Notes: generated from the letters alone by a model not told the origin. Positions 37,309 to 51,404 are shown, counted from the stretch's first letter. The stretch is 64,000 nucleotides of DNA from Octopus sinensis (GCF_006345805.1 NC_043001.1:130386001-130450000); one strand, 5' to 3'. A program made the numbers and translations.

Positions 37309-37894
37309 TGTGTGTATGATCAGGTGTGGAGTGAATGTATATATGTGATGAGGTGGTGGTGGATCCAGATGAGGAAGAAAATCTATGTTCAGCATATATA
37401 TGTGTGTGTGTATGTATGTGAAGATTGAGTAAGAGTTTCAGGTTGTAGAGGGGAGTAGTGACAGGAGGAAGAGAGAAGAGAAAAAAGAGGAGAGTAATCT
37501 TATTTACTGTTGGCTTCCTCTCTCTCTGTCTCTCCCTTACTCTCCATCACTCTTCCTCTCCCTTTCTCTTTTTCTCTCCAGCCTCCACAACTATCACCAC
37601 ACACACACACACACACACAAACACTTCAACTGTAAAATATTCCCTGATTTAAAAGCTTAACACACTGAATCCATCCTGTCTCACCTCACCCCCCCGGACA
37701 TAATCTGAAAACAATCTAACATGCTACGCAACACAACAAGCAACACCCCCTATGCCTACATGCACCCATAACTAACTAGGCAGCATTAACCCCCCCCCCT
37801 CCCGACACCCACCCCCATTTCCAATGCCCCACCACCTCCACCACTGTCCACCCCACCCCACCACCACTATGCCTATGCACTCACACTACTCCTC

Positions 37895-37907
37895 ACCATC
37901 ACTACTA

Positions 37908-37939
<32 letters not shown>

Positions 37940-37949
37940 ACTGCTGCTG

Positions 37950-37999
<50 letters not shown>

Positions 38000-38053
38000 A
38001 CTACTACTAATACTTACTACTACTACTACTACTACTACTGCTGCTGCTGCTAC

Positions 38054-38085
<32 letters not shown>

Positions 38086-38092
38086 ATACTAA

Positions 38093-38145
<53 letters not shown>

Positions 38146-38300
38146 GTGCTGCTACTACTACTACTACTACTACAATCACCACCATCCCTCTGCCCTTTCA
38201 TGCCCACATCACATCTTGCAACCACCAGCACCACCATCACCACAACCACCTTGTAACCACCACCACCACCACCACCACCATCACTGCTGCCACCACCATC
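37895..38300. repeat. (CTA)n/(CTG)n/(CCA)n compound microsatellite
   Basis: Direct inspection. Confidence 0.95.
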
Positions 38301-39667
38301 GCTGCTACCAGCGCGCCATCATCAACACTATCTCCTGCTCTCATCTGCCTAAGTTACTAGGAACGCCACTGCCCACATCATTCACATCCAACACTCAGCA
38401 TTTGAGGAGGCCTCTATGTGGTCGTTAGATCTACTAGAAATGGCAACGAAATCTCCTTCAAATCATATCATGATGTACTGAGGGCAAAAATATACATGTT
38501 GGAATATGTGAGTTCTATATTTCCTGCATACAAGAGAAAGACGAGATGGTCATGGTGGGAAGCTTTTTAATAATAGGCCTGAATGATTAAGGTTGGTCTG
38601 GGCTAAACTGAAACAATAGCCAATGCCACCACCACCGCCACCACCACCACTGCCTCCCACTATTACCACCATAATCATCATCATCATCATCATCATCGTT
38701 GTCATTGTCATCATATTATGATGATGACAACAACGACAACCACTATCACCACCACCACCACCATCACAACCAGTAATTCCATCAACTGTATACCACCTAC
38801 ATCACAACAGCTATCGCTGCCACCAGTACTACTACCACCACCACCACCACCACCACCACCACCCCACCATCACCAGTGTTACTATCATTAACATACCACT
38901 GTCACCAGAATCACCACCACCACCATCACCACGACGACCAGTATTGCCATAATCAAGATGCCACCATCATCACACAAATATCATTGTCATCACCACCATC
39001 ACAACCATTAATATCGCAGCCAATGCTTTCTCTACAGCCACTTCAGCAACAGCATTAACCTTCATCAACTTTATAAACCATTACCATCATCATAACTATC
39101 ATCAGCATGACTATTACCGTTGCCACCATCACCTTAACCTGTATCAGGACAATTACCCCCACCCCATAGGACAATTCCACCCACCCAAACGACAACTACC
39201 TCTTAGGACAATTGTCCTCCTTGGTTAATTACCCCTTCTCCAATATATATATTTTTTTCATCTAATTTCAGTTCACGAGCTGTGGCCATGCTGGGGCACT
39301 GCCATTTCATATATTAAGAAGTTTTAAAATCATCTGTTGACCTTAAGGGTAATTTTCTTAGGGGTGTTATTTATTGACCATGGGGGGGGGGGTGCGGCTA
39401 AATGTTCTAGATTCCCTTAACCATCACCATCATTACAACAACTAGCAACATCATTATATCACTATCAGCGCAACTACCACTAAGAATAATGACAAACAGG
39501 AGACTCTACATCAGTGGTTCTCAATCAGGGACCACATGGCTCTATGGGGGCCATGTAGGCCTCAGGAGTACATTCAAGATTTTGTAGTTTAAATTTATGT
39601 GCAATAAATCTGGTTATACTTCAACAATACACAAAATATTTCAATAATTTTTTTTTTTACAATTCTT

Positions 39668-40009
39668 AAATAGGCATGGCTGTGTGGTAACAAACTTGCT
39701 TCCTGACAACATAGTTCTGGGTTCAGTCCCACTGCATGGAACATTGGGCAAGTGTCGTCTACTAAAGCTTTGGGTTGAACAAAGCCTTTTGAGTGGGTTT
39801 GGTAGACGGAAACTGAAACAAGCCCATCATATATGTATATATATGTAGAGGCACAGGAGTGGCTGGGCAGTAAGAAGCTTGCTTCCCAACCATATGGTTC
39901 TGGGTTCAGTCCCACTATGTGGCACCTTGGGCACGTGTTTTCTATATAACTTCGGGCTGACCAAAGTCTTTAGAGTGGATTTGGTAGATGGAAACTGAAA
40001 GAAGCCTGT

Positions 40010-40047
<38 letters not shown>

Positions 40048-40850
40048 TATATATATATATTGACAACTGATGTTGGTGTGTTTACGTCCCTGTAATTCAG
40101 CAATATATATATGTATGCATGTATGTATATATATGTGCATGTATTTGTGTATCTGTGTTTGTCTCCCCACCGATACTTGATAACCGATGTTGGTGTGTTT
40201 ATGTCCCTGTAATTTAGCAATTTGGCAAAAGAGACCGATAGAATAAGTACTAGGCTTACAAAGTATAAGTCCTGGGGTCGATTTGTTCGACTAAAGGCAG
40301 TGCTCCAGCATGGCCGCAGCCAAATGACTGAAACAAGTAAAAGAAGAAAAGAATATACATTACAGCTGTTTCTAATGAATTTTTTTTTTATTGATTAATG
40401 AGTACATTATGTTATTATTTAAAAAAAACCTGTTTTCTTCAGATTAATACATGAACTTTACAATTAAGGATAACTAAAAATGTTTTGAATCCTTGGCATG
40501 TGCATATTTAGCAATTCCATGATCAATGCTTGTCGCAGAATGAATGAATGTATGTATGTATGTATGTATTTGTTTGTTTGTATGTATGTATGTATGTATG
40601 TATGTATGTATGTATATAGCCATATGTGTGTGTATCTTTGTGTCTGCGTTTGTCTCCCACTACCACTTGACAACCAATGTTGGTGTGTTTATATCCCCGG
40701 ACCTTAGTAGTTCATTAAAAGAGACTGATAGAATAAGTACTAGACCTAAAAAATAAATAATAACCCTGAGCTTGATTTGTTCAACTAAGACCCTTCGTGG
40801 TGGTGCTCCAGCATGGCAACAGTCAAATGACTGAAACAAGTGAAAAAATA
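39668..40850 (+). mobile_element. Cluster of SINE family B copies and fragments (head 39668-39835; full 39852-40345; tail 40620-40850)
   Basis: Repeated family B head and tail sequences. Confidence 0.85.
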
Positions 40851-41934
40851 TTTGATTATAAAAATGTGATATGACTTTTTAAACTTTCCTTTCTACTCTG
40901 GGCACAAGGCCTGAAATTTTGTGGCGGAGGGGGGCCAGTCGATTAGATCAACCCCAGTACACAACTGGTGCTTAATTTATCGACCTCGAAAGGATGAAAG
41001 GCAAAGTTGACCTCGGCGGAAATTGAACTCAGAACGTAAAGACAGATGAAATACCACAAAGCATTTCACCTGGTGTGCTAATGATTCTGCCAGCTTGCTC
41101 CCTTATGAATTTTTAAACATTGAATGGTAAGTAGGGTCCATCCAAGTAAAATGGGAATCAAAGGGGTCTAGAGATAAAACAAGGTTGAGAAAAACTGCTC
41201 CACGGGATTGCTTGGATGTGCTATGAATAACAGCCATATCACTCTCAGATCACACATGTAAAATAATGTGGTCCCTGTTTTCCTTGCACACAGGAAAATA
41301 AACAATGGAATAGTCAAGGCTAGAGTACTTGTGATCATAGATCTCCTTGAACTTGTCTGACTCAGGGCTAAACAAAAGCAACAACAACAACAACAACAAC
41401 AACGCTATCATCCAGCATTGTGATCTCCCACTGATTATTCGCATCACGCTGCCAGTGCCACAAGATCAACACCAGCATTATCTCATACCAGAATCACTAA
41501 GCTACTGTCTTCATCAAGCACTGCCACAATAACCTCCACCACTATGAAGTCTGATTGATCAGAGCTATCCCGGGGCTAAACAACAAACATCACGAACCAC
41601 AACATGGTATTATGAATCAACTACGCAGATCTCTATGTGGCATCTCAACACAGCTAGAAATAGCAGTTAAATTTCACTCAAATTGCATGCCGTTGTCTTT
41701 TTTCTTTTTTATATATATCTTTAGAAGAAATTAGATAATTTGATGGGTGTGGTTCTCAATTTCTGTTTTGAGTTGTAGAGTTGCCATCCATGACACTAGA
41801 GTATATGTAAAGCATTTAAAATCTGGTGGAGTCCATCCCTCTTCAGCTCTAAAGACAAATGCTTTCATCCAGAAAGAATGTATAGGAGAGAGAAGTAGGA
41901 GAGAAGGAAAGAGAAAGAAGGACTGAGTAAGTGA

Positions 41935-42510
41935 GGGAGAGGAAGAAGAAGAAGAAGAAGAAGAAGAAGAAGAAGAAGAAGAGAAGAATGAGGAGGAGGA
42001 GAAGAAGAAGAAAGAGGAGGAGGAGAAGAAGAAGAAGAAGAAGAAGAAGAAGGAGGAGAGAGAAGAAGAAGAAGAAGAAGAAGAAGAAGGAGAAGAAGGA
42101 GAAGAAGGAGAAGAAGAAGAAGAACGAGGAGGAGAAGAAGAAGAAAGAGGAGAAGAAGAAGAAGAAGAAGAAGAAGAAGAAGGAGAAGAAGAAGAAGAAG
42201 AAGAATGAGGAGGCGGAGGAGGAGAGAAGAGAAGAAGAAGAAGAAGGGGAGAAGAAGAAGAAGAAGAAGAAGAAAGAGAAGAAGAAAAAGGAGGAGGAGG
42301 AGAAGGGGAAGAAGAAGAAGAAGAAGAAGAAGAAGAAGAATGAGGAAGCGGAGGAGGAGAAGAAGAAGAAGAAGAAGAAAGAGGAGGAGAAGAAGAAGAA
42401 GAAGAAGAAGGAGAAGAAGAAGGAGAAGAAGAAGAAGAACGAGGAGGAGGAGAAGAAAAGAAGAAGAAGAAGAAGAAAAAGGAGGAGGAGAAGAAGAAGA
42501 AGAAGAAGAA
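41935..42510. repeat. (GAA)n/(GAG)n purine-rich microsatellite
   Basis: Direct inspection; source of the poly-K/R/F ORFs. Confidence 0.97.
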
Positions 42511-42968
42511 CCATTAGTACTTTATTGATAAAGTACTGGTAATTTATTGATCTTAGAAGGGGTAACCTTTTTTTGTGGTTATATTTCTGTTGAAATGCAT
42601 TATATTGGGAAGTAATGTTTATCACCCCATTTCTGACACCAGGCGGAGCCTCCTTCAGCTGGTTATCGCTGCAATCTGCACCTGATATATATTGCAAACA
42701 GGGGGAAGAACCCCTAACATCTTCTAGCAGATGATAGTTTCACCAGACCATATGGTTTTGGGCTATTTGTGTCTGTTATCAGTGGTGAATACCCATCTGC
42801 TAGAGATAGCAGTAATTTTTTTACTCTGGCTTGCAATATATATAGAAAACCAAATGATCTTGCAACAAGCAAAGTAGCTCATTAAAAAATCTCTATAAGA
42901 GATGAAAGTAATAACTATACTGAGGAGTAATGCTTATTGCATTATATTTGTTTCAATTAATTTGGAAA

Positions 42969-43265
42969 ATTATAATAATAATAATAATGAAATTATTGTA
43001 TACAGTGCTCAGGTGCACCACAACTTGTCAGAAAGTGCATATAAAGTACATGCAGTAATGTAGAAATGTCTGGAAAGTGAACATGCTTGTGTGTGTATGG
43101 AGGGGAGAAAATCAAGTGTAGTGTTGGCGAATCTCAGGAAGCATGGAAGTTTTGAAGGATGCAGTGCTCCGACAACTAACAACCGATGCTGGCAGTTTGT
43201 TCCACGCTTCAACAACTCTCAGCGTGAAAAAATGTTTCCTGAAGTCATGGGAGCTGTGCTGTTTT
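42969..43265 (-). mobile_element. CR1-group LINE 3' end with (ATT)n tail
   Basis: Minus translation KQHSSHDFRKHFFTLRVVEAWNKLPASVVSCRSTASFKTSMLPEIRQHYT*. Confidence 0.88.
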
Positions 43266-43977
43266 CTTACTTTGTAAATATGTCCACGGGTGTTAGATGG
43301 GTGGAGTTTGAAGAATCTAGAAAAATAATTTTGTCATAATTAAGCTGCTGTTTGGAATATTAAATGAATATGAAATTTTGACAGAAAGTTTTAATTTGGA
43401 TCTCTTGAAAACAAATAATTTGTATTATAATTTTTATCAGAGAGTTAGGAACTGTTTTTGGAGATGTGGTTTCGAAGGGGTAAACACTTTTAGCATTTAG
43501 ATTTTTCTGCCAAATGTAATGCATATTTACAAAGATTGTTCTGAATTTAATTACGTATTATTACATAGTTTGAATCTTTTGATGATGTGATAGTTTATAT
43601 TTAAAATGACATAGGTGCAGGAGTGGCTGTGTGGTAAGTAGCTTGCTAACCAACCACATGATTCTGGGTTCAGTCCCACGATGATGATGATGATGATGAT
43701 GATGACTATATATTCATTCTTCAGTCATTTATTATTGTCCTTATTTCATTTTATGTCCATTGTCTAGAAATCATTCATCACACACCTGTAACCTCTTCAG
43801 CGACTATTCTATCCCATGTGTATTCTCCTGTTCTGTTTAGTCCATTCCCAGAATACAACAGTACCTGTTTCAGCCCACGATTTCATATCAGGAATCTTGC
43901 AAAACAAATTCATAGATGCAGATCTGGGTTACACTATACTTGCCAAGAAAAAAAAAAAAAATCCATCATCGTTTATA

Positions 43978-44158
43978 GGCGCAGGAGTGGCTGTGTGGTA
44001 AGTAGCTTGCTAATCAACCACATGGTTACGGGTTCAGTCCCACTGCGTGGCATCTTGGGCAAGTGTCTTCTGCTATAGCCCCGGGCCGACCAATGCCTTG
44101 TGAGTGGATTTGGTAGACGGAAACTGAAAGAAGCCTGTCGTATGTATGTATATATATA

Positions 44159-44208
<50 letters not shown>

Positions 44209-44430
44209 TTGTGTGTCTGTGTTTGTCCCCCTAGCATTGCTTGACAACTGATGCTGGTGTGTTTACATCCCCGTCACTTAGCGGTTTGGCAAAAAGAGAC
44301 CGATAGAATAAGTACTGGGCTTACAAAGAATAAGTCCCGGGGTCGATTTGCTCGACTGGAGGCGGTGCTCCAGCATGGCCGCAGTCAAATGACTGAAACA
44401 AGTAAAAGTAAAGTAAAGTAAAAGTAAGTA
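43978..44430 (+). mobile_element. SINE family B reference copy
   Basis: GGCGCAGGAGTGGCTGTGTGGTAAG head with GGGTTCAGTCCC B-box-like motif; CTTGGGCAAGTG; internal (TA)n(TG)n; tail GGCGGTGCTCCAGCATGGCCGCAGTCAAATGACTG plus (GTAAA)n. Confidence 0.93.
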
Positions 44431-44963
44431 AGGATAGTGATGGAAAGAAAATATTTAATTAAAGATCTGCTTGATCAAAACTGACCAGAGGTGTAAAAGA
44501 AAAGAAAATTTAGCATATATCAACACCTAAGAAACAAAAATGGAGATTGCCAAATGGTTACCAAACTAGCTAGAATTAGCTGCCAAATCTTCAAATTAGA
44601 CTTATGGTCTTACGTAAAGAAGGGTACAGTAATCCAGCAAAGGAGCCTCTATATGGTTGCTCAAGTTGCTAGAAATAGTAGCCAAATCTTCAAACCATTC
44701 CCAACCATTTTAGAAAAAGTTGTATAATTCAATGCAGAAATCCCAGCGCAGAAAAAAATGATGAAATGGTCATAACTGGAATGCTTATGATTAAAGGTCT
44801 GCTTGAAGAGGGTTGGTATGGAGTTAATCAATGGGTTTAATAGGCATATGGCAGATAATACAGTACAAGATATACCATGTATTAAAAATATGATGAGAGA
44901 GGCATGGTTGGCTGCAATGGCTATTGAACATTGATTAACTAAATCAAGGCTGACCAGAGTCCA

Positions 44964-44964
<1 letters not shown>

Positions 44965-45009
<45 letters not shown>

Positions 45010-45184
45010 TAATAATAATAATAATCATAATAATCATATAATAATAATAATCATAATAATAAGAATAATAATAATAATAATCATAATAATAATAATCATA
45101 ATAATCATAATAATATAATAATCATAATAATATAATAATAATATAATCATAATAATCATAATAATAATAATAATCATAATAATC

Positions 45185-45216
<32 letters not shown>

Positions 45217-45366
45217 CATATAATATAATCATAATAAATAATAATAATAATCATAATAATAATATAATAATAATAATCATAATAATAATAATAATAATAA
45301 TAATCATAATAATAATAATAATCATAATATCATAATAATAATAATAATCATAATAATCATAATAAT

Positions 45367-45414
<48 letters not shown>

Positions 45415-45415
45415 C

Positions 45416-45458
<43 letters not shown>

Positions 45459-45601
45459 CATAATAATAATAATAATAATAATAATCATAATAAATAATAA
45501 TAATAATCATAATAATAATAATAATAATAATGATAATAATATAATAATAATAATAATAATAAATAATAATGATAATAATAATAATAATAATAATAATATA
45601 A

Positions 45602-45638
<37 letters not shown>

Positions 45639-45675
45639 GATAATAATAATAATAATCATAATAATCATAATAATC
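44965..45675. repeat. (AAT)n microsatellite with CAT variants
   Basis: Direct inspection. Confidence 0.97.
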
Positions 45676-45689
45676 CTTTCTAAAATAAT

Positions 45690-46835
45690 CACAAGGCCTG
45701 AAATTTGTGGGGGGTGGATAAGTTGATTGCATTGGCCCCAGTATTTTACTGGTGCTTAATTTATTGACCCCAAAAGGATGGGAGGCAAAGGTGACCTCAA
45801 TGGAATTTGAACTCTGAATGCAAGGATGGATGAAATATCGCTAACCATTTTGCCTGGCATGCTAACAATTCTGCCAGCTTGCTGCCATATAAAATAATAA
45901 AGCCTGAAATTTTGGGCGACAGGATGGGGGCATGGCTTAGTGGATTACATCAAAACCAGTGTATGACTGGTATTTATTTCATTGACCTCAAAAACATGAA
46001 AGGCAAAGTCAATAATGAGAAAAAGACCCATCAAGCCAAGCAAAATCGCAGTCGTAATAGATACCGGTGTCACGCAAATGGCACGTAAAAGCACCCCGAA
46101 AGGATGTAAGGCAAAATCAACCACCTCCTCCTCCTCCTCCTCCTCATCATCATCATCCATCATCATCATCATCATCATCGTTTAACGTCCGTTTTCCATG
46201 CTAGCATGGGTCGGACGGTTCAACTGGGGTCTGTGGAGCCAGTAGGCTGCGCCAGGCTCCAGCCTGATCTGGCAGTGTTTCTACAGCTGGATGCCCTTCC
46301 TAACGCCAACCTCATATGAATTTAGAACTCAGAATGTAAAGATGGATGAAATGCTGCTGACCATCTTGCCTGACTATCCAAGATGCTATCAATTCTACCA
46401 GCTCAATAACTTATATAATAATAATAAGGCGGCGAGCTGGTAGAAACGTTAGCACGCCGGGCGAAATTCGTAGCCGTATTTCATCTGTCGTTACGTTCCG
46501 AGTTCAAATTTCGCCGAGGTCGACTTTGCTTTTCATCCTTTCGGGGTCGATAAATTAAGTACCAGTTATGCACTGGAGTCGATGTAGTCGACTTAATCCC
46601 TTTGTCTGTCCTTGTTTGTCCCTTCTATGTTTAGCCCCTCGTGGGTAGTAAAGAAATAAATATAATAATAATAAGGTCTGAAATTTTGGGGGATGGGACA
46701 GGGTGGGGATGGTTTGTCAATTACATCACCCCCCCCTCCACCCCAGTGTATAACTGGTATTTATCTCATTGACCTCGAAAGCATAAAAAGGGTAAGTCAA
46801 AGACAGATGAAATGTGTTTCGTCTGGCTGGCGTGC
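45690..46835. mobile_element. Dense cluster of family A copies in both orientations (full + copy 46425-46660) and a family C copy (46170-46310, -)
   Basis: Family A and C diagnostic motifs. Confidence 0.8.
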
Positions 46836-47089
46836 CAACAGCAATAATAATCAACACCATCTTACGACAAACAACTCACCACCAAACCACCACCAGCTCT
46901 ATCAACATCATTACCATCACAACACCAACACCGCCACCATCGCCACCACCTTTATAACCCTTACCAAACCTGTAATCCTCATCCTGACAACATTTGTAAA
47001 TATTAACACCACCAAGACAACAGTCACCAATCAGATTCACATAGCACTGTTGCTTCCACCATCACATGCCATCAATACCCATACCACCA

Positions 47090-47447
47090 TCGCCAATACT
47101 TTCACTACTACTACTACTATCACTACTACTACTATCACTACTACTAATACTACAACTACTATCACTATTACTACTACTACTACTACTACTATCACTACTA
47201 CTATTATCACTACTACTATCACTACTACTACTACTACTACTACTATCACTACTACTACTATCACTACTACTATCACTACTACTACTATCACTACTACTAT
47301 CACTACTACTACTACTACTACTATCACTACTACTACTATCACTACTACTACTACTACTACTATCACTACTACTACTACTATCAATACTACTACTATCACT
47401 ACTACTACTACTACAACTACTATCTCTACTACTACTATCACTACTAT

Positions 47448-47501
<54 letters not shown>

Positions 47502-48365
47502 TACTACTACTACCATCAACATTATAACTATTACGAAATCTATGATTGTTATCCCAAACACTATAAACACCACCTCGGCCTACATCCTCACTAACAAGTC
47601 CTCCCACCACCACCACCACCACCAACACCACCAGCAAACTACCATCACCACTGTTAATACTACTATCGTTATAACCACCACCTTACCTCTTACAACTCCT
47701 CTTCCAGCATCTCCATCATTACTACTACTGTGTCAACGGCCGCCGCCACCACCACTACCACCACCACCACCACCACCACCACCACTACCACCACTACCAC
47801 AACCACTACCACAACCACCACCACCATTACTACCACTACCACCACCACCACCACCACCACCACCACCACTACCACCACCACCACCACTACCACCACTACC
47901 ACCAATATCATCCTGATCATCCTCACTGTCTTCCTACCTACAACCCTTCACTGCTACCACTACCACAACCACTACCACAACCACCACCACCATTACTACC
48001 ACTACCACCACCACCACCACCACCACCACCACCACCACCACCACCAATATCATCCTGATCATCCTCACCATCTTCCTACCTACAACCCTTCACTGCTACC
48101 ACTACCACAACCACCACCACCATTACTACCACTACCACCACCACCACCATCACCGCCACTGCCACCACTGTCACCATCCACATCTCACCACTACCAATAT
48201 CATGGCTACTTATAGTACCATCCACCACACCATCCAACACCATTGCTAATATTCCAGTCAAGAATATCATAACTACCACCCCATCACCATCACCGCTGGC
48301 ACCACCACCACCACCACCACCACCATACCACCACCAAGAGCACCATCGACATCGCCACCGCCCTC
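47090..48365. repeat. (ACT)n/(ATCACT) and (CCA)n microsatellite zone
   Basis: Direct inspection; source of the poly-T/V/S/L ORFs. Confidence 0.93.
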
Positions 48366-48739
48366 ACCAGGGTAGTTAATGTCTTAATAACTTGATGGGT
48401 GATTATCATCGCTTAAGAAAAAATTATCCAGAGTTGTATTTTTAGAAGGGGAGGGGGGAGGAGGAGAAGGTAGGGGAGTTGGGAGTGGGTGGCGAAGGGA
48501 GGGTCGTGGATTTGGATGTGCAAGTGGAGCGGAGGCGTGGGGGGCGGGGGCGGGATATTTGCTCGGACTGTATTATTTAAAAAAAACCAAAAAACATTTG
48601 TTTTCTTTTGGCTTTTCTCAAGAGCAGAAAAACGAAAAACGACCGAGGCCAGGGTGTGGGGTCGGTGAGGGAGCAGCAGGAAGGGAATGTTTTTGATAGT
48701 AGTGTTAATTATGATGATAATGATGACGACTGTGGTGAC

Positions 48740-48770
<31 letters not shown>

Positions 48771-50144
48771 GTGGTGATGGTACTGATGGAACTACTTAGT
48801 TATAGTGGTATGCGATGGCGGCGGCGGTGGTGTTATGGGTTGGTTTTAGTTAAGGCGGTGGTGGGGATGATAGAAAAAGCTGTTGCTGATTTTGTTGTTG
48901 TTGATATTGTTGTTGTTATCCCTTGTATTCATTCTTCCTTTTTCAGATTCTTTTGACATGGCCAGCAATCAAAAGATTGTGGTACATATACATACATAAA
49001 GAAATACATGTATGTATGTATGTATGTATGTATGTATGTGTGTGTATGTATGTATGTATGTATGTATGTATGTATGTGTATGTGAATGTGTGTGTATGTA
49101 TGTGTATGTGTGTGTGTGTATGTATGTGTATGTGTGTATGTGTATGTGTGTGTAATTTTAAACAAAACCATTAAATGAGCAGAAATGTGGTGGTGGGGGT
49201 GGTTGTGATGATGAAGAGGCGAAGGATGATGATGACAATGATGATGATGACAATGATGATGATGACAATGATGATGATAATGATGATGATGATGATGATG
49301 ATGATGATGTTGATGATGATGACGATGAAGTTGACAATGAAAACAGCAACAATGACAACAAAGAAAAAATGATGAAGACTAGAGGAGGGAAGGAGGATTA
49401 TTACAAGGAGATTGATGAAACAGAACTGGTAGCAGTAATGATGTTGCTGTTGCTGTTGTAGTGTCGGAGAGGCTGTAGTCGTGGCAGCAACAATAGTTTA
49501 GACTTGTAACTGCCTAATAAATTTCAAGAGGGTCTGTTTAGTTCTTCTTTAGCTCCATGTCAGTTCTGTTTGAGCAGATGTATGATCAACTGCTTTCCAA
49601 GAAATTCAACTATTATTTTCAGGTGTTAAAATGGACATTATGTAGAGGCCCTTCCTTAGTGTGCTTTGAAATTCCAAAGGCTTTTTAAAGGACAATGTCA
49701 TTCTACTCCAATTTTTCATGATGTGAAGTGGACGAAAGATAATCTGCTCCTAGGATAAGATGCCAGTCTACCACAGACAAGATGATTTGATAGCAATATG
49801 TAACTATCAATTAATAAGGAAACTATCAATTAAAGAGGAAACATCATCATCATCGTTTAACGTCTGCTTTTCATGCTAGCATGGGTTGGACGATTTGACT
49901 GAGGACTAGTGAACCAGATGGCTGCACCAGGCTCCAGTCTGATCTGGCAGAGTTTCTACAGCTGAATGCCCTTCCTAACGCCAACCACTCTGAGAGTGTA
50001 GTGGGTGCTTTTACATGCCACCAGCACGAGGGCCAGTCAGGCAGTTATGGCAACAGCAACAGTGCTGGCAACATAAAATATAATTGTTATATTTCAGGCT
50101 GGTCATTTTTTTCTCTTGCCAAATAAACACACACACTACATATT

Positions 50145-50306
50145 CATTCTTCACTCGTTTACTATTGTTCTTATTTTATCTTAGGTACATTGGACCTCTT
50201 CAGTGACTCTTTCATGGTTACTGAAGAGGTCACAGATGTGTGATGAAAGATTTCCAGACAATGGACATAGAATAAAATAAGAACAGTAATTAACGAGTGA
50301 AGAATG
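50145..50306. repeat. Inverted repeat formed by two opposed copies of family H4 (third copy at 43711-43804)
   Basis: ATTCTTCACTCGTT...GACCTCTTCAGTGAC is mirrored by GTTACTGAAGAGGTC...AACGAGTGAAGAAT. Confidence 0.8.
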
Positions 50307-50456
50307 GGTGTATAGTGCATGTGTCTATTTGGCAAGAAAAAAAAATGACCATCTCTAAATATAACAATATTTGTTTCAAGACATCAGTTTACACCAGGAA
50401 TCTTATAACACAAATTCATAGATATAAAATATAATATTCTACACTGGTGATGGTGA

Positions 50457-50790
50457 CCCCCTTCGGTCAGACACTGACCATGGGTTTGCACCTAGAGAGT
50501 TACCCTCTGGGGCACAAGTCTGGGCAAGGTTGTTTTATGGAAGACCAGCAGTCGCCCATGCATACCGGCCTCCCCTCTCCACGTCACCAATGTTGACCAA
50601 GGGAAAGGCAAGGGCCGATACAGCTTGGCACCTGTGACGTCGCAACTCATTTCTACAGCTGAGTGAACTGGAGCAACGTGAAATAAAGTGTCTTGCTCAA
50701 GAACGCAATACGCAGCCCGGTCCGGGATTCGAGCTCACAACCTCACGATCGTAAGCTCGACGCTCTAACCACTGAGCCACGCGCCTTCAC
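50457..50790 (-). mobile_element. tRNA-derived SINE family E, full length
   Basis: Minus head GTGAAGGCGCGTGGCTCAGTGGTTAGAGCGTCGAGCTTACGATCGTGAGG...TCGAATCCCGG (A/B-box-like motifs, CTTACGA loop suggesting tRNA-Arg ACG origin); related fragments at 55060-55318 and 55740-55890. Confidence 0.85.
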
Positions 50791-50944
50791 AAAAACACAA
50801 TAAAACACAAAAATTAAAACACAATAAAACACAATAAACCAGCATCTGTATTGGATTTGAACTCATGCCTCATGACCTTCTAGTACCGTACCATATGCAC
50901 TTAGTCACAATTATTGTCAGTGACTAGTTCACTAGTTCCTTTGA

Positions 50945-51225
50945 CTAGATATGGAGCATAAGTACCAAGAAACCTTCATCTGTCTCAGACTTTGGTACTG
51001 AATTGCTTTTGTCCCCAGGTGTAGCTGCCTGCTTGTAACTCAGTTTTTTTTACCGTTTCCAAGTTGATTTTGGTCTTTCATGCTTCCACTTTCTATGGGT
51101 TGTCCATCCAAAGGCTTTCCTTGTAATGTTGGAAACCGGTCTCTGTTGGGTGTGTCTTAGCAAATCCCATTTCCTCCTCTTGTTCTGGGTTTTAATAGGT
51201 TGCTGGTTAGTCTGTTCCGTCAAGT
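50945..51225 (-). mobile_element. RTE-clade LINE C-terminal fragment
   Basis: QTNQQPIKTQNKRRKW...RHTQQRP.SNITRKAFGWT...RPKSTWKR...TWGQ matches the RTE C-terminal RKW.WIGH..R...GRP..TW.R pattern. Confidence 0.75.
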
Positions 51226-51354
51226 AACAGAGCCTGGTGCAGCTCTCTGGCTTACCAGCTCCTGTCAAACTATCAAACCCATGCCAACATGGAAGACAGA
51301 TGTTAAATGCTGCTGCTGCTGCTACTGATGATGATGATGATGATGATGGTGGTG

Positions 51355-51404
<50 letters not shown>

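Noticed and set aside
42920-42950. CUGAGGA followed by a 7-bp hairpin
   Set aside because: No GAAA after the hairpin
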